Source of the DNA: Syntrophus sp. (in: bacteria)
Lineage (GTDB): Bacteria > Desulfobacterota > Syntrophia > Syntrophales > UBA8958
DNA: 64,000 nucleotides
Reading direction: 5' to 3'
Assembly (NCBI GenBank): GCA_025355725.1
Contig: JANXZC010000109.1
Coordinates: 38,340 to 102,339 of the forward strand
Part shown: one piece after another, positions 1 to 7,070 of the stretch
How positions within the stretch are numbered: the first letter of the stretch is position 1
Layout of the letters: each line of letters opens with the position of its first letter
Notes under the pieces: generated by a model
What the model saw: only the letters and a program-made list of their open reading frames with translations
Told to the model about the DNA's origin: nothing
Databases searched by the model: none
Made by a program: the position numbers and the translations under genes

Positions 1-47
1 CATATCAATATTGGACGAGAAATGCTCCCCTAATGTTGTTTCTACAT

Positions 48-1286
48 CTACAATCGCCTCAGGATATCGGCGGGTTTCATCTTGGCCATGCGCCTCCCCA
101 TAAAATAGCTTGCCAGGCCGCCTGCGAGCAGGGAAAGAGCCAGGGCGGCGGCGGTCAAGCCGGCAGAGAAGCTGACAGGCAGACGGATCGTCTGGGCGGC
201 CGCCCCGGTCTCTTTGGCAAAGGCGGGCAGAAGGTTGACCTCCCAAGGGGTTGTGACCGGAATAGAAAGGTAACCCAGAAGATAAGAGATGAGATATCCT
301 GCGGCGACACCCACGATCCCCCCCATCATGGATTGAATAAAAACCTCTCCCATGAGTTGCTTCTGCACATCGCCGCCGGTCCAGCCCACGGCCTTCAGAA
401 TGCCGATTTCACGGGAGCGTTCCACAAGGTTTCCCAGCATCGTTTTAATGATCAGAAAGACTGCTCCTGCCAGGGCGACCAGGGAGACGACCAGGGAAAA
501 TTGGTCGGAAATCCTGGAAACGCCTCCCATTACTTCGAGGATGGCGTCGGAGCTCACCACGGAAATTCCCGGCATGGCCTGCATAATCTGTGTTTTCGTC
601 TGGTTCAGACGTGACGGGTTCTGTAAGCGGAGATAAACGAGATTCACGCTTTTGGATTCATTTCCCATCAGGTCCTGGGCGTCAGCCAGAGGCAGGTAGA
701 TGTTCGCCGACGCGATCTGGGCGCCTTCCCGAATCTCCAGAAGCCCTACGACGCGAAAAGACCGGCTGCCGATGGTAAACTGGTCGCCCAGTTGCGTGTT
801 GTGAAACTTGGCGTAGTGCTTTTCCAGGACAACTTCGCCCTTTTTTTCCGGAAAACGCCCCTTGGCCAGCCATTCTTTAACATGAACCGGCCCCAGGCTC
901 GGCTGAGACATATCTATACCCATGATTGTCCGGAAACCGCCCTGATCGAAATCCCAGAGGAGGAGCGATCCGGCCATGGCGTCGATACCGGGAATGATGC
1001 GGAGCTTATCGAGATCGTCAGAGGAAAGAAGCTGATTTGAAAAAGGAAGACGTATCCCCCGCATGGAGGGACCGGCCTGCGATGAGTCCACGGCGCGCTT
1101 TTCCGCCCGCTGAACCACGAGATCCGCTCCCAGATTTTTGAAAGGGAGGCTCACTGCCTGCTGGTAGGCCGTCGAGACGGCGTTAATGGACACAAAAAGG
1201 GCAATGCCCACGGCAATGCCCAGAATGTTGACCAGCGTCCGGTGACGATGATGGCGAAGTTCCTTCAAGATATAAGCATAATACAT
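48..1286 (-). CDS. ABC transporter permease, FtsX/MacB-LolE-like
   Basis: ORF 48..1394 trimmed to the ATG at 1286 (MYYAYILKELRHHRHRT...). It has a basic N-terminus then TM1, a large periplasmic domain, and a C-terminal FtsX block with REIGILKAVGWT. Paralog of 2362..3612. Confidence 0.85.
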   Translation of the reverse strand: MYYAYILKELRHHRHRTLVNILGIAVGIALFVSINAVSTAYQQAVSLPFKNLGADLVVQRAEKRAVDSSQAGPSMRGIRLPFSNQLLSSDDLDKLRIIPGIDAMAGSLLLWDFDQGGFRTIMGIDMSQPSLGPVHVKEWLAKGRFPEKKGEVVLEKHYAKFHNTQLGDQFTIGSRSFRVVGLLEIREGAQIASANIYLPLADAQDLMGNESKSVNLVYLRLQNPSRLNQTKTQIMQAMPGISVVSSDAILEVMGGVSRISDQFSLVVSLVALAGAVFLIIKTMLGNLVERSREIGILKAVGWTGGDVQKQLMGEVFIQSMMGGIVGVAAGYLISYLLGYLSIPVTTPWEVNLLPAFAKETGAAAQTIRLPVSFSAGLTAAALALSLLAGGLASYFMGRRMAKMKPADILRRL

Positions 1287-1293
1287 AATCACC

Positions 1294-1701
1294 TCACTTC
1301 TGACCGGTAGCCAGATCCAACGCCCCGCGCAGATCGTCCATGGTCCATTTTCCCTGAAAGAAAGCGGGTCCCGATCCGGTCGGAAAACCGGCAAAGGAAA
1401 TATCTTTCCCCTTTACCTTCAGGGTAGTCTTGCCGTTGATCCAGATCATGAGGGGGACATGCTGGCGGATGCCCTTACGCGCCATGAACGCCTCCCCGTC
1501 CGTGGTTTCAAAATCATGCCAGGTGACGTTAATCTTCTTGCCGTAACGATTGCAGAGATTCTGGATCTCTTTCACCGTCGGCATCAGGGGGCCGTGGCTC
1601 ATGTAGAGGATTTCCACGGAAACGCTTGGGGCAGCCGGGATATTTGTGGGAATGCAAAAAAAGAGTGACAGGATCAAGCCGCACAAGATCATTTTTTTCA
1701 T
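1294..1701 (-). CDS. Small secreted protein, thioredoxin-fold-like but lacking CxxC; function unknown
   Basis: Signal peptide MKKMILCGLILSLFFCIPTNIPAAP. The ATG overlaps the ATPase stop (ATGA), with a GGAGAG SD. The gene is embedded between the ABC ATPase and the second permease. Confidence 0.6.
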   Translation of the reverse strand: MKKMILCGLILSLFFCIPTNIPAAPSVSVEILYMSHGPLMPTVKEIQNLCNRYGKKINVTWHDFETTDGEAFMARKGIRQHVPLMIWINGKTTLKVKGKDISFAGFPTGSGPAFFQGKWTMDDLRGALDLATGQK

Positions 1702-2369
1702 GACAACATCTCTCCGTCCTGCATGTGCAGGACGCGATCGGCCGTTTTGGCCAGTTCCGGTTCATGGGTGACCATCAGGATGGTCATGCCTTTCCGTCGA
1801 TGCAACTGGTTCAAGATCGCCATGATGGCATCGCCCGTGGCCGTGTCCAGATTGCCCGTCGGTTCGTCGGCGAAGACGATCTTGGGGTTATTAATCAGGG
1901 CGCGGGCAATAGCGACCCGCTGTTTCTCCCCCCCGGAAAGAGCTGCCGGCAGATGTTCCAGGCGGTGTGCCAGTTCCATCTGGTCGAGGAGTTCCGTTGC
2001 CCGCCGCCGGCGCTCCGCTTCGGACATTTGAATGGGAAAGAGCGGCAGGGCTACATTTTCCCAGGCCGAGAGGGTGGGGATCAGGTTGAAGGACTGGAAG
2101 ATAAAGCCGACGTTCTCCCGGCGAAAGAGGGCCAGCTCGTCCTCCGAGGCGCCGGTGATCTCCTTGCCGGTGAGGAATGCCTGACCATGGGTGGGATGCT
2201 CCAACCCTGACAAAATGGAAAGTAGCGTGGTCTTGCCGCAGCCGGATTTACCGACCAGGGAAACGAACTCGCCTGCCCGGACGGCCAGGGAAACCCCCTT
2301 GACGACCGCCAGCTCACCATATGTTTTGGTCAGATCGACGCCGACCAGAATATCCGATTTATTATTCAT
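1698..2369 (-). CDS. ABC transporter ATP-binding protein (MacB/LolD family)
   Basis: Walker A GKSGCGKTT, ABC signature LSGGEKQRVAIARAL, Walker B IVFADEPTGNLD. Confidence 0.93.
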   Translation of the reverse strand: MNNKSDILVGVDLTKTYGELAVVKGVSLAVRAGEFVSLVGKSGCGKTTLLSILSGLEHPTHGQAFLTGKEITGASEDELALFRRENVGFIFQSFNLIPTLSAWENVALPLFPIQMSEAERRRRATELLDQMELAHRLEHLPAALSGGEKQRVAIARALINNPKIVFADEPTGNLDTATGDAIMAILNQLHRRKGMTILMVTHEPELAKTADRVLHMQDGEMLS

Positions 2370-3612
2370 GCCTTAAAACCTCCGAAGGTTTGATTTTGGA
2401 GATGTGTCTGCCCAAGAGCGCCCCTGTCAGGCCCCCGATGATCACAGAGAGAAGCAGGGCAAAGGCCGCCAGAGACCAGGGAATGTGTACGGGAAGGCGC
2501 AGGGTTTTAAAGAGCGGGTCGCCACCGCCAGGGAGAAAATGGGGGGTCGGGCTCATCTCCCAGGGAATGGGGATGTTGACGGTCATGAAACCCAGGGCGA
2601 AGGCGGCCGCCTGGGCGATCAGTAGGCCCAGGACCCCGGCGGCAAACCCCTGGATGACCGATTCCGCCAGGAGCTGCATCGTGACGTTACGATGGGTCCA
2701 GCCCACAGCCTTCATAACGCCTATCTCTCTGGCCCGTTCCGCGACGTTTCCCGCCATGGTCTTGAAGGCAACTAGAATGGCAATAATCATGGCAATAATT
2801 GAGGCGGCCAGAGTAAATTTATCCGACAGGGCAAAGAGGCTGCCCAGAAGCTTCAGAAATGACTCCGGGGTGGCAATGGTGGCTTTTTCCCCGAGAATGC
2901 CCTTGATAGCTGCGGCAACGGTTGTGATGCGATCCTGATCGGCCCTGATAAAGAGGAGGTTGACATCTTCTCCGGCAAAGGGGGAAACGGACTGCAAATT
3001 TTTGGATGCCGCCGCGATAGCCTGCGCCTCCGCCAGCGGCAGGTAGAGATTGGCCACGGCGATTTTAGAGGCATGGGACGCATCGATCAGGCCGACAACA
3101 GGATAAGACCTTCCAGCCACGTTAACATGGTCTCCAAGCCGGATGCCGAATTGACGGGCGTAGGCCGCTTCAACAAGGACCTCCGGTTTCCCGGTTTCGA
3201 GATAACGCCCCTCCGTGATAAAGTTTTTAAGAATCGATGGTCCGACCGGATTATTTTGTTCGATTCCCAGCACGATCCAGGCCCGGTTCGGGTCGAAGAT
3301 CCACAGGAGAACGGCCTTACCCATCCCCCTGATGCCCGGTATCGCTTTGATATCTTCTATTTCTTCTTCACCGATCGTCACGGCGGAGCAGGGGAAGACG
3401 GCCCCCACAAGCTCCTGGGGCACGTTTCCGGGTCTCTGCACCGTAATGTCGGCCCCGACCTCTTTCAGCGGCGCGCGCGCCGCCTCGTGGTAAGCCAGGG
3501 ACAGGGCGTTAAGGATAACAAAGAGGGCGATACCGATGGATAGGCCGAGAATGGAAATGATTGTTCTTCGCTTTTGATGGGTAAGTTCCTTGAAAACGTA
3601 ACGCAGATTCAT
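2362..3612 (-). CDS. ABC transporter permease, FtsX/MacB-LolC-like
   Basis: Same architecture as 48..1286, with REIGVMKAVGWT. It overlaps the ATPase start by 8 nt and the upstream gene's stop by 4 nt. Confidence 0.85.
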   Translation of the reverse strand: MNLRYVFKELTHQKRRTIISILGLSIGIALFVILNALSLAYHEAARAPLKEVGADITVQRPGNVPQELVGAVFPCSAVTIGEEEIEDIKAIPGIRGMGKAVLLWIFDPNRAWIVLGIEQNNPVGPSILKNFITEGRYLETGKPEVLVEAAYARQFGIRLGDHVNVAGRSYPVVGLIDASHASKIAVANLYLPLAEAQAIAAASKNLQSVSPFAGEDVNLLFIRADQDRITTVAAAIKGILGEKATIATPESFLKLLGSLFALSDKFTLAASIIAMIIAILVAFKTMAGNVAERAREIGVMKAVGWTHRNVTMQLLAESVIQGFAAGVLGLLIAQAAAFALGFMTVNIPIPWEMSPTPHFLPGGGDPLFKTLRLPVHIPWSLAAFALLLSVIIGGLTGALLGRHISKIKPSEVLRHE

Positions 3613-4322
3613 TTATCGCCTCCGGTGGTGGGAATTGCGGGATTCGGTGGGAAGCCGGTCATGCCGCCCCGACCCCTAATACCTTTGCCGGAATCATAAT
3701 TGCGCCTTGCGTCATAAGCCTGCACCTTTGCCTGCTGTTCGGAGGTCAGAACATTGAGGACTTCCAGGCGGTGAGCGGCCATCCTCTCCCGTGTCTGACC
3801 GCGCAGGTTCGTCATATCCTTTTGCAAGTCTTTGATTTTGATCCGATCCAGTGTTGTTTGCAACCATGCGGATCGTAATTCGCGGCTCTTGCTGTATAGC
3901 TGATCCTTGAGCGGTTTGATCTCCCGCAGGTATTTTTCGTCCAGAGCGCGTATCTGGGCGGCCTGTTCCTTTGTAAGACCCAGTTCGGGATCGGCCAGTA
4001 CAACAGTGCCGAAGTGGGCACTCCCGTAACCCATGTCGCCTTCCGGGCCTCCCCGCCAGGCATGGAGCACGCTTGCCGTTCCCACAGTGAAAAGGAGCAG
4101 CGTCGATAAAATAACCAGTGTCCTTTTCGTGATCCTTTCTCCATCAGTCGACAATCCGCAGACGAGGCCGGTGGCAGTGGGGAACAGGTTTGACAACAGG
4201 GTGACAATAGGCCCCAGGTAGGTTCCCCCTTGAGAATAAATATGCGGTAAAAAGTAGCCGATCGTTCTTCCCACGGTGAGAACCAAAATCAGTCTGATTA
4301 TTGTTTCGGCAACCTTTTTCAT
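3609..4322 (-). CDS. Membrane-anchored Spy/CpxP/ZraP-like periplasmic protein (LTxxQ repeats)
   Basis: N-terminal hydrophobic segments followed by LTKEQAAQIRAL... and LTSEQQAKVQAY (LTxxQ motifs), with a Gly/Arg-rich tail. First gene of the five-gene operon. Confidence 0.65.
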   Translation of the reverse strand: MKKVAETIIRLILVLTVGRTIGYFLPHIYSQGGTYLGPIVTLLSNLFPTATGLVCGLSTDGERITKRTLVILSTLLLFTVGTASVLHAWRGGPEGDMGYGSAHFGTVVLADPELGLTKEQAAQIRALDEKYLREIKPLKDQLYSKSRELRSAWLQTTLDRIKIKDLQKDMTNLRGQTRERMAAHRLEVLNVLTSEQQAKVQAYDARRNYDSGKGIRGRGGMTGFPPNPAIPTTGGDK

Positions 4323-4363
4323 GGTTCCAACCTGTCTTTTCCTAATATTTTGATTTTATCTTG

Positions 4364-4379
4364 AGCAAGGGCTATGCCA
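4364..4379 (-). promoter_or_regulatory. Sigma54 (-24/-12) promoter candidate
   Basis: The minus strand reads TGGCATAGCCCTTGCT. This matches TGGCAC-N5-TTGCW with exact GG..GC spacing, about 40 nt upstream of the ATG at 4322. Confidence 0.6.
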
Positions 4380-4473
4380 GAAATGGAAGAGTGTTCTTAT
4401 GTGCTTGATTATATGTAGTTTGTTTCTTGTTTATAAACGGTATGATTGCATACGCAATTTTAGATTAGCTATA

Positions 4474-4526
4474 CGTGGATAGTATTTATCCATTTATGGT
4501 ATCCATGTGGATAATAAGCATCCACA
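4474..4526. promoter_or_regulatory. Cluster of TGGAT/ATCCA dyads (includes a perfect TGTGGATAA); candidate enhancer (UAS) for the sigma54 promoter
   Basis: cgTGGATAgtattTATCCAtttatggtATCCATGTGGATAATAAGCATCCACA contains three overlapping dyads. The cluster lies 100-160 bp upstream of the -24/-12 element. Confidence 0.4.
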
Positions 4527-4732
4527 TCTTCGTCGATGCAGGACTCAGACGGAGGTTCCGGCAATATGAGCGCATGAAGAACCAGCAAAGACTCGACAAA
4601 TCAGACGAAAAACAACCGCTTGGTCCATCGCCAATCCGCCTGTACACGCCTAAACCTACCATAAAAGAGGCTTGGGTCATCATATTTCTGAAAGAGAATT
4701 CCCGAATACTGATAAGCTAAAAAGAGTCGGTC

Positions 4733-4761
4733 TAAATTAGTTGACACCATCAACTAATTTA
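4733..4761. repeat. Perfect 12-bp inverted repeat with a 5-nt spacer
   Basis: TAAATTAGTTGA-cacca-TCAACTAATTTA, read directly from the sequence. It sits about 220 bp beyond the parB-like stop in an AT-rich spacer. Confidence 0.5.
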
Positions 4762-4980
4762 ACCATACGATATCATTAAGCGATAATGGACGTTAAGGAT
4801 ACGAAGGGCTTTAGAGACTATTGTCGTAATATCAACATCTTATGTTTAGAGTTCCCATGGCTGCCTCCTCTTCCCTGAATCCTCATTTTTACCCTCAGTT
4901 GCACCCTTCCCTATGGGCAGGGAAGACAAAAATGTCAGGCGAGACCGCCGCTGGTCCGGTCTGGTTCCTCTCCCTCCGCT

Positions 4981-5745
4981 TTACTGGGCCATGTCCGCAA
5001 GAAGCCCATCGGCCTTGTCCCGGATGCCCACCAGGGCGTTGGCAAGATCGCTTCGGTCGTCCTGCGACCACTCCCGCCAGGGTAGTCCATCTAATTCACC
5101 GGTCAAATTGCCCGTCTTCGTGATCAGGGCTCGCTGTTTGGATACCTTCGGCTTATGAATGGAAGTTTGCCCGGTCTTGGCGGCCTGGTCCATATAGCGC
5201 TGGAACTTCCGGCGCATGTTTGCCTCCGTGCTCATCTGGGCCGCATCCAGGAGCACACTTTTCGGGACGTTAGGATTCGTCCGGCAGGTGCTGCGGACAT
5301 CCTCCGGGAGCTTGTTGATCGTCAGGGTCCTGGAGACGGTAGATTTATCCTTGCCGAGGGCGTCGGCAAGCTGATTCTGGTTGAAGGTGTAATCCTTCAT
5401 CAGGGACGCCATTTGCTCCGCCTCATCCACAGGGTTTAGACCCTCCCGCTGAAGGTTGTCCACAAAACCCTGGAGGCGCGTATCGCCGTCGGTGAAGGTG
5501 CCGCTTATTTCCGTCAGTCCCGCCATTTCTGCCGCCTTGACGCGGCGGTGGCCGGAGACAATGACCGGAGCCCCCTGGTCGTTTTGACAAAACTGGATGG
5601 GCACCAGGACTCCGAGTTTCCCGACGGAAGCGGCAAGCTCACTGAGGGCAATGGGCTCCATAAAACTTCGGGCCTGATTCGGGTCCGGCTGCAGATCGGA
5701 TATTTTCAAATTGTAGAGCTTCCCTTTGACGTATTTAGTAGCCAT
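4981..5745 (-). CDS. ParB/Spo0J-like nuclease-domain protein (orphan; no parA partner)
   Basis: ParB box VIVSGHRRVKAAEMAG plus HTH NQNQLADALGKDKSTVSRTLTINKL. Start reset to the ATG at 5745, which is preceded by AAGGAGG. Confidence 0.8.
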   Translation of the reverse strand: MATKYVKGKLYNLKISDLQPDPNQARSFMEPIALSELAASVGKLGVLVPIQFCQNDQGAPVIVSGHRRVKAAEMAGLTEISGTFTDGDTRLQGFVDNLQREGLNPVDEAEQMASLMKDYTFNQNQLADALGKDKSTVSRTLTINKLPEDVRSTCRTNPNVPKSVLLDAAQMSTEANMRRKFQRYMDQAAKTGQTSIHKPKVSKQRALITKTGNLTGELDGLPWREWSQDDRSDLANALVGIRDKADGLLADMAQ

Positions 5746-5775
5746 AAGCAGATCCTCCTTGCTTGAAATAATTAT

Positions 5776-5803
5776 ATAATATGTCTTTTTTGACAAATGT
5801 CAA
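5776..5803 (-). promoter_or_regulatory. Sigma70-type promoter candidate for the parB-like gene
   Basis: The minus strand has TTGACA, a 16-nt spacer and TATTAT. The -35 lies inside the dyad TTGACAttTGTCAA. Confidence 0.5.
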
Positions 5804-5881
5804 GGGGTGGCGGGCGGGCAACATCCGAATATAATTATCCTGTTCAAGAAGAAAAGGCTATGTTCTCATATGCGATCTTGA

Positions 5882-6022
5882 GATCGCATCAAGCAAAAAA
5901 AGCAACTTCTGACCCGTCAGGGAATACGTGATCTGATTCGCGAATCACTATCCAAACAATTGACTGGACTTTTTCTGAGATATGTTGATAGCCAGGAGAA
6001 AGATGCGGTGTTAGGAGGGTGA
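5882..6022 (+). pseudogene. Possible remnant of a ribbon-helix-helix antitoxin (C-terminal helices only)
   Basis: An open frame without an ATG reads ...KQKKQLLTRQGIRDLIRESLSKQLTGLF...*. It resembles RHH helix1-loop-helix2, but the N-terminal beta-strand is missing. Confidence 0.25.
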
Positions 6023-6271
6023 TTTTTCAGGAGATTGAGGGCGTGAACAGCTTCCTGGATTCGATAAACTCCCCTTATTGTGTTTAAGCATGTCTTCCAA
6101 GTACAAAGCGTTGCTGCAAGCATCATAAACTGTTTATTGAATTGCGTGCGAAAGTAGTGAAAATATCACCCGACCAGAAGTGTATCGTGAAGAATACGGC
6201 GAAATTCGCATGCTTGAATAAAAGCCCAATGATAGCTTGATAATCAAGAATTAATCATGTAGATTGCTGGC

Positions 6272-6664
6272 ATGGAACGCGAGGATATCGTAAAATATTG
6301 GATCGAGTCATCGGATTCAGATTTCCAGGTTATGGAGAGCCTTTTTGTAAATGAACATTACGTCTGGGTCTTATTCTTGGGGCACCTGGTGGTAGAAAAG
6401 TTACTGAAGGCATATCATGTGAAAAATGTTGGCACCGATTATCCAAGAATTCATAATCTTATGGAAATTGCCCACAAGGCGTCGCTTGAATTATCCAGTG
6501 AGCAAAAGTTAGCCATGTCGGAGCTGACCACGTTTAATCTCAGGGCAAGATACCCCGATTATAAGAATCGGTTTCAAAAGAAGGCCAATCGCCAGTATAC
6601 GGAGATGCAACTCGATAAGATACGAGAAATAAGAAAATGGCTGCAGGAAAAGATAAACAGTTAA
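6272..6664 (+). CDS. HEPN domain protein
   Basis: 130-aa all-helical protein with HEPN-like motifs (PRIHNLMEIA, NLRARYPD). It overlaps the following nucleotidyltransferase gene. Confidence 0.75.
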   Translation: MEREDIVKYWIESSDSDFQVMESLFVNEHYVWVLFLGHLVVEKLLKAYHVKNVGTDYPRIHNLMEIAHKASLELSSEQKLAMSELTTFNLRARYPDYKNRFQKKANRQYTEMQLDKIREIRKWLQEKINS

Positions 6665-6960
6665 TCTACGAAAAGATCAAAGAATACGTCAAGACCCTTG
6701 AAAAGAACAAGGTGCCGGTCTGGCGCTTATATTTGTACGGGTCTTATGCCAAAAATACATTTCATCCCGACAGCGATATTGACTTGGCCGTATTCTGGGA
6801 CCGGGACGATATTGACGGACTGGACGAGGACATCCAATTAAGAATGTTGAGCTGGGATATCGACCTACGGATTGAACCCCATTCTTTTGCTCGCACCGAC
6901 TTTGACGAAACGGATCCGTTTGTCAGTGAAATCATCGCAACCGGAGAGCGTATCCTGTAA
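6637..6960 (+). CDS. Minimal nucleotidyltransferase (MNT; Pol-beta superfamily)
   Basis: Canonical GS-X10-DxD motif: LYLYGSYAKNTFHPDSDIDLAVF. About 107 aa, paired with the HEPN gene. Confidence 0.85.
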   Translation: MAAGKDKQLIYEKIKEYVKTLEKNKVPVWRLYLYGSYAKNTFHPDSDIDLAVFWDRDDIDGLDEDIQLRMLSWDIDLRIEPHSFARTDFDETDPFVSEIIATGERIL

Positions 6961-7070
6961 TACAGCATTATTCTAAGTGAGCTGACGTTATATCGCGCCG
7001 AACCTGGGGAATCGCCTTATTCCGCCATGTGAGTGGCAAATAAGGTAATGACATCATGGCGGAAAGCTAA

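Noticed and set aside
4474-4526. The DnaA-box cluster (with a perfect TGTGGATAA) next to a parB-like gene could be the chromosomal replication origin.
   Set aside because: There is no dnaA, dnaN, gidA or parA nearby and no obvious AT-rich 13-mer unwinding element. Only one box is perfect. The array sits at the enhancer distance from a good sigma54 promoter. It is kept as a UAS candidate instead. GC skew of the whole replicon would settle the question.
4475-4720. An 81-aa ORF in the spacer between the ABC operon and the parB-like gene.
   Set aside because: It starts inside the dyad array, has no SD and has an odd composition. The region is better explained as regulatory DNA.
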